Positions 28,841 to 38,873 of a stretch of 64,000 nt of DNA are shown one piece after another. How positions within the stretch are numbered: the first letter of the stretch is position 1; every line of letters begins with the position of its first letter. A program made the position numbers and the translations under genes. Below the pieces are notes generated by a model, which saw nothing but the letters and a program-made list of their open reading frames with translations, ran no database searches and had not been told where the DNA came from. This DNA comes from Nitrospira japonica (lineage in GTDB: Bacteria > Nitrospirota > Thermodesulfovibrionia > Thermodesulfovibrionales > SM23-35): NCBI GenBank assembly GCA_020725385.1, contig DYFC01000006.1, forward strand, positions 1 to 64,000, given 5' to 3'.

Positions 28841-29662
28841 ATGGAATGGAATAAAATATCAGTAAAAGTACCATATACATTACTTGAGCAGACTTACAAT
28901 TTTTTGTGGCAATATATAAATGGTATCTCTGTTGAAAGAATTGATAATAATTTCAAAATAGATAGTTATGTTGTCCCCTCTCGGTCACGGGACATAACAA
29001 GGAGACTAAAGAGGTTTTTACAGATTCTGGCTAAGACTTATCAATCAAAATTCACACTTCCGGAAATAATAGAGAAATTTGAGAAATGCTGCAATTTTAT
29101 TGCAATCCCCTACCCTAATGCCTATATTCCGGATTTCGGGATTCCTATTTTTATTCAACGTGGCAGGGCATTTGGAATAGGGAGCCATCCATGCACGTTG
29201 TATTGTTTAAATGCTTTAATGGATTTGTATCTTACAAGAAAATATTCTTTGCCCTTAAAAACACTTGACGCCGGTACAGGAACAGGAATCTTATCTATTG
29301 CAGCAGTACGTTTGGGGATAAGACAAATCACTGCTGTTGAAATCAGTCCCGAATCTGTTATGGAAGCTCATGAAAATTTTGTTATCAATGAAGTACAAGA
29401 CTTTATAAATCTACAGCAAGGCTCTGTTACTGAAATTTCAGATAAATTTGATTTGATTCTTGCAAACCTTTTTGGAGATTTGCTCATGCAAATTGCACCC
29501 ATGATTGTTAATAATCTCTCAGAAAATGGTTTACTTATCGCAGGTGGTATGGCAGTATCCCAAAGTAAGAAAGTTATTTCAGTTTTTGAGAATCTCGGAT
29601 TAACTGAAAAAAAACACTATGAAGATGAAAACTGGTGTGTTTCTGTATTAAAAAGACTTTAA
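28841..29662 (+). CDS. PrmA-like class I SAM methyltransferase
   Basis: AFGIGSHPCT, LDAGTGTGILSI, FDLILAN. Confidence 0.8.
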   Translation: MEWNKISVKVPYTLLEQTYNFLWQYINGISVERIDNNFKIDSYVVPSRSRDITRRLKRFLQILAKTYQSKFTLPEIIEKFEKCCNFIAIPYPNAYIPDFGIPIFIQRGRAFGIGSHPCTLYCLNALMDLYLTRKYSLPLKTLDAGTGTGILSIAAVRLGIRQITAVEISPESVMEAHENFVINEVQDFINLQQGSVTEISDKFDLILANLFGDLLMQIAPMIVNNLSENGLLIAGGMAVSQSKKVISVFENLGLTEKKHYEDENWCVSVLKRL

Positions 29663-29727
29663 CTGTTTAGTTCAAATTATTTTTTGATGATGATTATTCT
29701 TTTTAGAATCTGATAAAATAATGGGTT

Positions 29728-30384
29728 ATGATTGATCTGCATACTCACAGTTTTTTTAGTGATGGAGAACTTATTCCATCCGAGCTTATCAGAAGAGCCG
29801 AAGCGATCGGATACCAGGCTATTGCTATTACAGATCATATCGACGCTTCAAATATTGATTCCGTCATTCCAAAAATTGTCCAGGCCATTAATAAAATAAA
29901 GGATTATATCTCGATATATGCTATTCCTGGAGCTGAAATTACTCATGCTCCTCCGCAAACTATACCTGAACTTGTAAAAGAAGCGCGCCGTCTCGGAGCA
30001 AAAATTGTAGTTGTTCATGGAGAAACCATTGTCGAGCCTGTTACACAGGGTACCAATCGTGCAGCAATAGAAGCCGGGGCCGATATACTTGCACATCCCG
30101 GTTTAATAACCGAGGATGATTTGCTTTTTGCAAAAGAAAAAGACATTGTCCTTGAAATAACTTCCAGGAAAGGACATTCCCTTACAAATGGGCATGTAGC
30201 TAAAGAAGCTCTTAGACTTGGCGTAAGATTATGTATAAATACAGATTCACATAGTCCGTCAGATCTTATTACAAAAACTTTTGCTATTAGAGTGCTTTCA
30301 GGCGCAGGCATAGAAGATAGTTTGATTAGTTCAATATTCGAAAACTCAAAATTACTTATAGAAAAAACTCTCAGGAGGAATTAA
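29728..30384 (+). CDS. PHP-domain protein (histidinol-phosphatase-like family)
   Basis: DLHTHS, ITDH, HGET, AHPG, TDSH. Confidence 0.88.
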   Translation: MIDLHTHSFFSDGELIPSELIRRAEAIGYQAIAITDHIDASNIDSVIPKIVQAINKIKDYISIYAIPGAEITHAPPQTIPELVKEARRLGAKIVVVHGETIVEPVTQGTNRAAIEAGADILAHPGLITEDDLLFAKEKDIVLEITSRKGHSLTNGHVAKEALRLGVRLCINTDSHSPSDLITKTFAIRVLSGAGIEDSLISSIFENSKLLIEKTLRRN

Positions 30385-31085
30385 TGCCAAAAGTAATCAA
30401 AAAAAGGATCCCTAAAAGAACCGAAATAGAGACCGAAGAACAGGTAAAAGAACGACTTGAAAATCTCAAGGAAAAATTAGCCGAAAGACAACGAAATTTA
30501 ATAAAATATGGGACAATTATTCTTATACTAATCATCGCAGTAGCAGGTTTTTTTATTTATTCCAGAACAATTTCTCAAAAAGCTAAAAACCTCGAATATC
30601 AGGCATATAAAACACTTTATGGTCCTATTCTGCCGGGAGCAAACAAACAGGATAATATCTCTAAGGCTCTTGATTTATTCAAAAAATCGTATGATACAAA
30701 AAAATCTCCTTCTTCTTTATATTATTCTGCAATTTGCTATTATAAACTCGAAAAATATGAAGATTCTATTAATGCTTTAAAAAATTTCATATCTAAATAT
30801 CCGGATGATTCTATTTATACACCACTTGCTTATCAGACACTTGCGTCTGCATATATTTCAAAAGGGGATTTAAATGAAGCAAAGAAAACACTTAATACTT
30901 TATATAACTTAAAAGGTAATCTTTTTAAAGATTTTGCTCTAATGCAGACTGCTCTTATCCTTGAAAAAGAAGGTAAACATGATGAAGCAAAAAAACAATA
31001 CGAAGAACTCACCAAAAAATTCCCTGATTCACCACTAAAAGCCGAAGCAGCAGCAAAAATTTCTGACAAAAAAGAGATTAGATAG
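30384..31085 (+). CDS. Membrane-anchored TPR protein (YfgM-like)
   Basis: Single TM followed by TPR-like helices. Confidence 0.75.
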   Translation: MPKVIKKRIPKRTEIETEEQVKERLENLKEKLAERQRNLIKYGTIILILIIAVAGFFIYSRTISQKAKNLEYQAYKTLYGPILPGANKQDNISKALDLFKKSYDTKKSPSSLYYSAICYYKLEKYEDSINALKNFISKYPDDSIYTPLAYQTLASAYISKGDLNEAKKTLNTLYNLKGNLFKDFALMQTALILEKEGKHDEAKKQYEELTKKFPDSPLKAEAAAKISDKKEIR

Positions 31086-32937
31086 GGTCTGTTTTCCCTT
31101 TTTTTGTTTTGTAACGGTTGTAGAAAAGCGGTATCAAAGATACCAGAATAACAAGTCCAAGACCGATTATGAACGCCGGGGATACTTTTCCTCTAACTAA
31201 TTCGAGCAACGAGCTTGAAAAAACAATAAATGCTATACAGGCAGGTAACATGCAAAAAAAAGTCGTTACAGCATAATGCAGGAATTTTATTTTTGTGAGT
31301 CCGAAAGCATAGTTCAGAAGATTGAAGGGGAAAAGGGGTATCAAACGGGTAAAAGCAACAATCTTCCAGCCATGTTTTTCAACTCCTTTATCAAGTCTCC
31401 TCCATCGCGGGCTCTTCAATTTTCTTTCAATCCAATCTCTTGCGATATAACGGGAAATAAGAAATGCAAGACATGCTCCTGCAGTAGCACTGCTGATAGT
31501 ATATAAGACACCCCAGAAAGGGCCAAAAAGAATTCCACCAACAATCGTGATGGGAACCCCGGGTAAAAAAAGTGAAGGAGCAATGGTGTATATCAGCATG
31601 TATATTAATGGTGCTAAAGCTCCATAGCCTTGAATTAGTTCTCTAAGTGAATCCTGTTCAAGATAATGTGTTGCTCCTGTATAACGCACAGCAAGAATGG
31701 CTGTGATAATAACCCCGAGAAAAAGGAACCGGTTAAGAGTTCCTCCTTTTGTTTTCTCCTGAATGGAAAAAGTTCGTTCACGGGTTGTTCTCCCTTGCGA
31801 TGTCTTTTTAAGTATCTTTTTCAGTTTTAACCGGTTTATGTATGTAAAAGGTGCTTTTGCAACCCTCACAGTTCCTGCCATCGTAGCCGAGGGTTGAAAT
31901 AAAAGATCAAGGACATGACTTGTAGGGGTTAAGGAATCTAAAAAATTGGCACAACCGGCGCAGTAGGTAATAATTCTTTTTTCTTCTGCTTCCTTTTTTC
32001 TTTGTAGCCCCCATTTCTTTGCAAGGTCAGGTGCTATAAATCCAACAGACCCTCCTTCACCACAACAAAGAGTTTTTTTACCACTATGCACCATTTCCTC
32101 AACTGTAAGTCCCTTTGCAGAAACTAAATCGCGTACAGCGGTATGCACCGATTCATCAAATCTCAATGCACAGGGATCGTGGATTGTTACAACACCACAA
32201 ACCTGTTCTGTATCGGGCAATCCGTTTTGAACCATGAATTCATAAACGCTACTGACAGAAATACCATCACCGTATTTCTTAAAGACTTTGTAACAGTTCG
32301 GACATGCTACCACAACATTTTTCACACCATTATTTATTAAATATTCTTTCATTTCCTGAAACATTCCTTTAAAATACCCGTCCCTGCCAAGATCGTGAGA
32401 AGGTTTTGTGCAGCAATCAAGAACGATTCCTAATGAGGGTATTTTTCTTTTCATATGCTCATAAAGTTTTTGAACCTTGTCCGGTCTGGTTCCGGAAAGT
32501 GTACACCCGGGGAAAAAGACCGAGTCACAATCACGCGGTATGGAATAGAATGAATATTTTTGAGAAGTTCCGCGCTTCTCATAGTTCAAAATTGTATTAT
32601 ATTCCGGATAATCGCCGTTACCCCTCCGGACAGTTTCACGTCGCATCTCAAGAAACATAGAGGCCGGGTTAATCTTTACTGGACAGACAGCAGCACAAAG
32701 CTGGCAGAGACTACACTCAAATGGCATCCCCTGAAAAAGATTATCAGAGGGGTTATAAGAATCTGCAATATCTTTCGGTTTGCCATATTTTCTAAGAAAT
32801 TCGCATTCTTTTTGACAGAGTTTGCATTTGATACATTCTTCAGATATAATGGCAAGCTGTTCTTTAAGAGCAGGTAGCATATCAAGTGTTGAAGGATCTT
32901 TTACTTTAAGCTTTTTTTCTTCAAGAGTATTTTGCAT
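31078..32937 (-). CDS. Fe-S/CCG-domain oxidoreductase fused to a DedA/VTT (TVP38) membrane domain
   Basis: CIKCKLC, CSLCQLCAAVCP, FPGC, CCT, ACPNC, HDPC, CCG, YCAGC; C-terminal RLIPLFPFNLLNYAFG. Confidence 0.88.
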   Translation of the reverse strand: MQNTLEEKKLKVKDPSTLDMLPALKEQLAIISEECIKCKLCQKECEFLRKYGKPKDIADSYNPSDNLFQGMPFECSLCQLCAAVCPVKINPASMFLEMRRETVRRGNGDYPEYNTILNYEKRGTSQKYSFYSIPRDCDSVFFPGCTLSGTRPDKVQKLYEHMKRKIPSLGIVLDCCTKPSHDLGRDGYFKGMFQEMKEYLINNGVKNVVVACPNCYKVFKKYGDGISVSSVYEFMVQNGLPDTEQVCGVVTIHDPCALRFDESVHTAVRDLVSAKGLTVEEMVHSGKKTLCCGEGGSVGFIAPDLAKKWGLQRKKEAEEKRIITYCAGCANFLDSLTPTSHVLDLLFQPSATMAGTVRVAKAPFTYINRLKLKKILKKTSQGRTTRERTFSIQEKTKGGTLNRFLFLGVIITAILAVRYTGATHYLEQDSLRELIQGYGALAPLIYMLIYTIAPSLFLPGVPITIVGGILFGPFWGVLYTISSATAGACLAFLISRYIARDWIERKLKSPRWRRLDKGVEKHGWKIVAFTRLIPLFPFNLLNYAFGLTKIKFLHYAVTTFFCMLPACIAFIVFSSSLLELVRGKVSPAFIIGLGLVILVSLIPLFYNRYKTKKGKTDPI

Positions 32938-33272
32938 CGTTTAAACTATTTCACAGAAAAAAATTTCTACAGCCAAATCCAGTTAACAGAAACGTAGAAT
33001 AAATTTCTGTTGAAAAATGTCTGCTTTTTTTAATTAAGATATGATAGTTGTTTTCGTAATATTTATAATTTACCTTCTAAAAAATACTCTTATCCAATTT
33101 TTTATTTCGATTAATATAAATGTAATCATAGTAATAATCTATTGTATATCCGTACAAGATCGAAACCGTAACTTTTTAAATAAATTTTTAAGCAAGGGGC
33201 ATTATTTTGGATTAATATTTGGATTAATATAATGAAGTTTCAGGAGATGCTTCTATCTGTTAATTATAATCA

Positions 33273-34556
33273 CTAAGATTTATCCTGCTTTGTTTTAAGA
33301 GAAGCTGTCTTAACAGACTTTGATATATTTGTTTTCTTTAGTTTTTTATTTACAGATGAAGCTTTTGACTTTTTGTCATTTTTATTGAAATTTTGTTTCG
33401 CCTTCAAAGAAGTTCTTTTAGAAATAATTTTATCATCGTAATCCATTTCAATTTTCCATTTTGGAGGAATATATATTATCTTACCTTCCTTAAGTGGCAT
33501 TATATTTTCTAAGTCATTTAAATCAAAAATCACTTCTTCCGGAACACCTGTTTTCTTCGAAATCTTCTTAAAAGTATCACCTTTTTTTACAGTATATTTG
33601 TCGAGCACAAATTTCCTGTCTTCGGGTATCCGTGAAAAATTCTGCTGAAATGTTTCTTTTTTTCCTTTTGGTATTCTAAGAGTATATTCAGGCATATATG
33701 GTGGTGTGCACCATCTTCTCAATTCAGGATTCAATTCTTTAATTGTTTCAATGGTTGTTTCCGCAGCCTCTGCTATAATTTCAAGGTCAACAGGCGATTT
33801 AACAGTTACAAGGTCATAGTTGAGCGGATCATGATATTCAAGATTCTCAAAACCGAATTTCTGTGGATCGGTTGCGATCATGCTTGCTGCAATGAATTTT
33901 GGAACATAATCTTTAGTCTCATTTCTAATATATCTTGTGCTGAGCAAAGACCAATAGTCATCTGCATTTGATTTATCAAGAGCCCTCTGTATTTTTCCCT
34001 CTCCTGCATTATATGCAGCCATTGCAAGATTCCATGAGCCAAACATTTTATAAAGATCTTTCAAATAATTTGCTGCCGCAATTGTAGATTTCACAGGATC
34101 TTTACGCTCATCTTTCCACCAGTTAATTTCAAGCCCATAATTTCTGGCGGTTGAAGCTATAAATTGCCAGTATCCTACTGCCCTGGCAGGCGAATAAGCA
34201 TTAGCGTTAAAACCACTTTCAATTAAAGGCAAAAAAACTATATCTTCCGGAACATTGTTTTCTTTTAAGATACTTTTCATTAATTCAAGATATTTTCCTG
34301 ACCTTGCAAGCCAGATAGAAAAACGTTCTTTGATTTTCCCTGTGAAATAATTAATGTGCCTTCGCACAGCATTTTCTGCTATTTCATTTGAGCTGTAGTT
34401 ATCAATTATTTTGGGAACATTGTTTAACTTTTCTTCAGGCAATGAAGATATAACAGGACTATCCGGGGATATATCCCTTGATTGCTCTAATGCATAAAGT
34501 TGAGAAACAAATAAAAAAACGACGAAAAATAAACTAAATAATACCTTTTTATACAT
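33273..34556 (-). CDS. mltD: Lytic murein transglycosylase with LysM domain (MltD-like)
   Basis: IESGF, AVGYWQF, AAYNAGEG, ETKDYVPK, YTVKKGDT. Confidence 0.9.
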   Translation of the reverse strand: MYKKVLFSLFFVVFLFVSQLYALEQSRDISPDSPVISSLPEEKLNNVPKIIDNYSSNEIAENAVRRHINYFTGKIKERFSIWLARSGKYLELMKSILKENNVPEDIVFLPLIESGFNANAYSPARAVGYWQFIASTARNYGLEINWWKDERKDPVKSTIAAANYLKDLYKMFGSWNLAMAAYNAGEGKIQRALDKSNADDYWSLLSTRYIRNETKDYVPKFIAASMIATDPQKFGFENLEYHDPLNYDLVTVKSPVDLEIIAEAAETTIETIKELNPELRRWCTPPYMPEYTLRIPKGKKETFQQNFSRIPEDRKFVLDKYTVKKGDTFKKISKKTGVPEEVIFDLNDLENIMPLKEGKIIYIPPKWKIEMDYDDKIISKRTSLKAKQNFNKNDKKSKASSVNKKLKKTNISKSVKTASLKTKQDKS

Positions 34557-34746
34557 ACATTATATTTTTAGCTCAAAACAGACCTTTTTGTCAAGAAAAA
34601 ACCATTTATTGCTAAAAGAGGCAAAGTCATTAAGAATACATATGTTAAGCATATCTGTTGTAGAACATTTCAGCATTTGTTAAAATAATTCTCAAAGCTA
34701 ATGAATTGTATAAATTTTTAATTTCATAATTATTACCAAAATCATT

Positions 34747-36483
34747 ATGGGTACTTGCAATAAACAATCTTATGCCACAATTGGCGAAGTCCCGGATTTA
34801 CGGAATATGCAAACCTTTTCAGCATTGGTTGACCTTCCACGTAATATTCTAATTGCAGAGGGTATTGAAGAAATCTCATTAATCATTCTTAATCATGCAA
34901 AAAAACTTACAGATAGTAAATTCGGGTTCACCGGGTACATAGACCCTCTTACAAATTATCTTATAAGTCCAACTCTTACTGTTGAAATATGGGAGAATTG
35001 TAAGATAAAAGATAAGAATTATATTTTCAAGGAATTTAAAGGATTATGGGGATGGGTCCTTTTGAATAAACAACCTTTGCTTACCAACAACCCGTCCTCC
35101 GATCCACGTTCAACCGGGATTCCGGAAGGTCATATAATAATTGAAAATTTTCTATCCGTTCCTGCATTGATAAAAGATGAACTCGTTGGTCAAATATCTC
35201 TTGCCAATTCAAGTAGAGATTATACCGAACAAGATATTATTACCTTACAACAGCTTGCGTCTCTTTATGCAATTGCAATCAATAGAAAAAGGTCTGAAGA
35301 AAAACTTATGCAGAGTCTTGAAGCATTACAGGCCGTGTATAATATAGCAACAACACTTCGTGGTTCATATGAAATGCTCTGTGAACAGGTTGTTTTTACC
35401 CTTGCGAAATTTCTCAAAATTGCCTGTGTTTCCATACAACATATTAAAGAAGATAAAGTTACAATAATCTCGAAAATATGTGATGGCATTCTTTTCCATA
35501 ATGAAACAGAATTACTAAGCGAATCTCCTTGTTTCGAGGCTATTGCTGCAAAAAAACCATTGCAGATTATTATGAAGGAAAAGAGAAAGTTTCCATTGTA
35601 CAAAAAATTCAAAAGCTGTATTCTTTCTCCTATTCTTATAGAAGGCGAAACAAAAGGTTATATATGCGCAATGGATTATTCGGAAAGAAAATTTAGTGAA
35701 GATGAACTAAGACTTCTCGAGATATTTTCAAAACACGTTGCCTATGAATTAGAGCGTATTGAAATGGAAAACAAATTAAGATACCTTGACAAAATGAAGC
35801 TTCTTGGACAGCTTGCCGCAGGAGTTGCTCATGAGGTTAGAAATCCGCTGAATGCGATTCTTGCTATTGCTGAGGCACTATTTCAGGATATTAAAGATAT
35901 AGGTGAAAATCCTGATTATTATAAACCTTTTTTAAATCATATCAGAAGTCAGGTTGATCGTCTCTCAAATCTTATGTCCGACCTTCTTGATCTCGGCAAA
36001 CCGATTAAACACGAAACTTTTCAGAAGGAATATTTACCGGAAATATGTCTTGCAACAATTGATCTTTGGAAACAAACTCCTTTGTCGAAGGACTATAAAA
36101 TAATCTTTATTCAGCCTGAGGAAAAAGAAAATCTTTATTTAATGGCTGACAGCTCACGCTTACAACAGGTTTTTTTAAATGTGATCGAAAATGCATGTAA
36201 TCATAGTCCCAGGGGAAGTGATATACAATTTATCATTTTAAATCCAAAAGGAGGGTTTATTAAAATTCAAGTTATTGATCAGGGAACAGGTGTGCCTTCA
36301 GAAAACCTTCCAAAGGTTTTCGAACCTTTCTTCACTTCACGTAAAAAAGGAACCGGTCTTGGCTTAAGTCTGGTAAAACATATTGTACAATCACATGGAG
36401 GCGAGGTTACAATTTGGAACAATACACCTTCACCGGGATGCACGATTGAAATAACTTTACCTTTATTTAAAGGGGAAGAATAA
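34747..36483 (+). CDS. Cytoplasmic GAF-GAF sensor histidine kinase
   Basis: GAF motif (NNPSSDPRSTGIPEGH...FLSVP), a second GAF, AHEVRNPL, GTGLGL; no TM segments. Confidence 0.92.
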   Translation: MGTCNKQSYATIGEVPDLRNMQTFSALVDLPRNILIAEGIEEISLIILNHAKKLTDSKFGFTGYIDPLTNYLISPTLTVEIWENCKIKDKNYIFKEFKGLWGWVLLNKQPLLTNNPSSDPRSTGIPEGHIIIENFLSVPALIKDELVGQISLANSSRDYTEQDIITLQQLASLYAIAINRKRSEEKLMQSLEALQAVYNIATTLRGSYEMLCEQVVFTLAKFLKIACVSIQHIKEDKVTIISKICDGILFHNETELLSESPCFEAIAAKKPLQIIMKEKRKFPLYKKFKSCILSPILIEGETKGYICAMDYSERKFSEDELRLLEIFSKHVAYELERIEMENKLRYLDKMKLLGQLAAGVAHEVRNPLNAILAIAEALFQDIKDIGENPDYYKPFLNHIRSQVDRLSNLMSDLLDLGKPIKHETFQKEYLPEICLATIDLWKQTPLSKDYKIIFIQPEEKENLYLMADSSRLQQVFLNVIENACNHSPRGSDIQFIILNPKGGFIKIQVIDQGTGVPSENLPKVFEPFFTSRKKGTGLGLSLVKHIVQSHGGEVTIWNNTPSPGCTIEITLPLFKGEE

Positions 36484-37838
36484 TGAATCCAAGAATTCTT
36501 TTAATTGATGACGAAGATGCTACAAGGTTTGGTTTCTCCCGCTATCTTTCAAAAGCAGGTTATATAGTTCATGAAGCAGCAAATCTTTTCGAAGCACGGG
36601 AATCAATTAACTCCCAGAGATATGATGCTGTATTGCTCGATGTAAACCTTCCCGATGGAAGCGGCCTGGATTGGATTATAGATGTAAGACAAAGTTACCC
36701 CGACATACCAATAGTAGTTATTACAGGTTATGGAGATATTCCTGTTGCCGTAGAAGCCATGAGACGCGGAGCGGATAATTTTCTTACAAAACCTGTAAAC
36801 ATGGCTGACCTCGAAGTCTTTTTAAGAAAAAGTCTTGAAATTGGTTCTTTAAGAAGAAGACATTTAATAGACAAGAGATTATCAAAAAAACCTCAAATAT
36901 ATTTTGGTGAAAGTCCGGGCATGAAAAAAGTCCTTGAACTTGCAAAACTTGCTGCACAGAATGATTCTCCGGTCGTTATATCAGGTGAAACCGGCTCCGG
37001 AAAAGGTGTACTTGCAAAATGGCTTCATGAAAACAGTCTGCGTAGTTCATCTTCATATGTTGAGGTTAATTGCTCTAATTTAAGGGGCGATTTGCTTGCA
37101 AGTGAATTATTCGGGCATGCAAAAGGTGCTTTTACTTCTGCAATTCAGGAAAAACAGGGACTGATTGAAGTTGCCGATGGGGGAACCCTTTTCCTTGATG
37201 AGATTGGAGATATGGATATAAGCGTCCAGGCACAGTTCCTTAAGGTTATAGAGGAAAAACAATATCGCCGTCTCGGAGAAGTAAAAACCAGGAGCAGTGA
37301 TTTTAGACTAATTTGTGCGACAAACAGGGATCTTCTCGACGACATAAAAAAAGGCTCCTTTCGCAAGGATCTTTATTTCCGGATAAATGTTCTCCCCATC
37401 GAAATACCACCCTTGAGGGAAAGGCCTGAAGATATTCCCGGACTCGTTGAACACATAATCAGGAGTTTAAGTCCTCAACCCGTTGAGATAACGGCTGATG
37501 TTATGAAATTACTACAGGAATATTCATGGCCGGGCAATATAAGAGAGCTAAAAAATGTTCTCGAGAGAGCTTTATTGCTTTCTCACGGGAAACAAATGAC
37601 TACCGAACATTTTTACGACCTTGAACCCGCAACTCCTGAAATTCCAATGCGTTCCTCAAGTAAATATGCTGACATTGAAGAATCACATATAAGAGCAATT
37701 TTGAAAAGATTCCACGGAGATACAGCTAAAGCATCAAAAGCTCTTGGCATGTCAAGAGCAACACTTTATAGAAAACTCAAAAAATTTAGAATAACTCCTG
37801 AAGTTAATTTTGACCCCGCACCGGGAGAAGAGCAATAA
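36483..37838 (+). CDS. sigma54-dependent response regulator (NtrC/AtoC family)
   Basis: Receiver domain, GETGSGKG, ELFGHAKGAFTSA, WPGNIREL, HTH LGMSRATLYRKL. Confidence 0.93.
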   Translation: MNPRILLIDDEDATRFGFSRYLSKAGYIVHEAANLFEARESINSQRYDAVLLDVNLPDGSGLDWIIDVRQSYPDIPIVVITGYGDIPVAVEAMRRGADNFLTKPVNMADLEVFLRKSLEIGSLRRRHLIDKRLSKKPQIYFGESPGMKKVLELAKLAAQNDSPVVISGETGSGKGVLAKWLHENSLRSSSSYVEVNCSNLRGDLLASELFGHAKGAFTSAIQEKQGLIEVADGGTLFLDEIGDMDISVQAQFLKVIEEKQYRRLGEVKTRSSDFRLICATNRDLLDDIKKGSFRKDLYFRINVLPIEIPPLRERPEDIPGLVEHIIRSLSPQPVEITADVMKLLQEYSWPGNIRELKNVLERALLLSHGKQMTTEHFYDLEPATPEIPMRSSSKYADIEESHIRAILKRFHGDTAKASKALGMSRATLYRKLKKFRITPEVNFDPAPGEEQ

Positions 37839-37854
37839 TCTTTAAATTCTCAAA

Positions 37855-37892
37855 ATTCTCATCCTTGAGAATAAATTCTCAAAGATGAGAAT
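37855..37892. promoter_or_regulatory. Two tandem palindromic enhancer sites ATTCTCA-N4-TGAGAAT
   Basis: Perfect palindromes at 37855-37872 and 37875-37892, plus a half-site at 37846-37852, upstream of a -24/-12 promoter. Confidence 0.8.
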
Positions 37893-37954
37893 TTTACAAT
37901 ACCCTTCATATTCATAACTCTTTGAATAATTTACAAAAACTATCTTTTTAAACA

Positions 37955-37970
37955 TGGCATTGCTTTTGCT
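37955..37970 (+). promoter_or_regulatory. sigma54 (-24/-12) promoter
   Basis: TGGCATTGCTTTTGCT has exact GG-N10-GC spacing. Confidence 0.85.
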
Positions 37971-38027
37971 CAAATCTTTTGTAATAAAAATTCATTTCCG
38001 TTATCTTGATGAGAAGGAGCATATTGA

Positions 38028-38399
38028 ATGCAAAAACAGGTGCTTGTCGTTGATGATGAAGTAACTATACTTCTTGCTTTTAAAAAGATATTACAGAAAC
38101 CGGGAATTAATGTTGATACAGCAGAAAGTATTGAAGATGTAAAAGGGCTTCTTAATAAAAATTGTTATGATGCCGTTATTGCAGACCTGCGTCTTTCGGG
38201 CATTTCAGGCGAAGAAGGACTTGAAGTTATACGTTATGCCAAAGAATGTAACCCTGACACAAAAGTAATTCTCATGACTGCCTACGGTAATCAGGATGTA
38301 ATGAAGAAAGCTTATAGTCTTGGTGCGGCTTTTTATTTTGAAAAGCCGGTATCTGCAAATGTTCTTAAAGATGCCTTAAAGAATTTGGGGGTAACGTGA
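38028..38399 (+). CDS. Stand-alone response regulator receiver protein
   Basis: VDDE, ADLRL, MTAYG, EKP; AGGAG RBS. Confidence 0.9.
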   Translation: MQKQVLVVDDEVTILLAFKKILQKPGINVDTAESIEDVKGLLNKNCYDAVIADLRLSGISGEEGLEVIRYAKECNPDTKVILMTAYGNQDVMKKAYSLGAAFYFEKPVSANVLKDALKNLGVT

Positions 38400-38845
38400 A
38401 AGAAATGATAAAAATCAGTGATAAGATCAGAAAAGTTTTAATAGTAGATGATTCAGAACTTCTTCACAGGATGTATGATCTCATATTTTTTCGCTGCAAA
38501 AATAAAGGGCTAAGAATACTTCATGCATATGATGGCAGGGAGGCACTATCGAAATTATCCGAACACTCTGATACAGACCTGATTATTCTCGATATACATA
38601 TGCCGGTTATGGATGGTCTCCAGTTTTTAAGACATTGCAGTAAAGAAAAGATACATCAAAAAATACCTGTAATAATAACCGGAACTCAAGGTAAAGAAGA
38701 GGACACGATGGATGGGTTAAAAGCTGGAGCTAAGGGTTATCTTGTTAAACCTTTTGAAACAGAGAATTTTTATAAAGTAATAAACAAAGTTTTTTATGAG
38801 GAACCAGCAGCTTCTCAAAAAACATTGGAAGTTTCAAGAATGTAA
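38396..38845 (+). CDS. CheY-like single-domain response regulator
   Basis: VDDS, LDIHMPVMDG, VKPF. Confidence 0.9.
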   Translation: MKEMIKISDKIRKVLIVDDSELLHRMYDLIFFRCKNKGLRILHAYDGREALSKLSEHSDTDLIILDIHMPVMDGLQFLRHCSKEKIHQKIPVIITGTQGKEEDTMDGLKAGAKGYLVKPFETENFYKVINKVFYEEPAASQKTLEVSRM

Positions 38846-38873
38846 TAGTGATTTATTTAACGGGTATCTTTAA

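Noticed and set aside
33041-33232. 63-aa hydrophobic ORF and a 12-bp tandem duplication (33207-33230)
   Set aside because: Low-complexity AT-rich intergenic DNA with no RBS or recognisable motif
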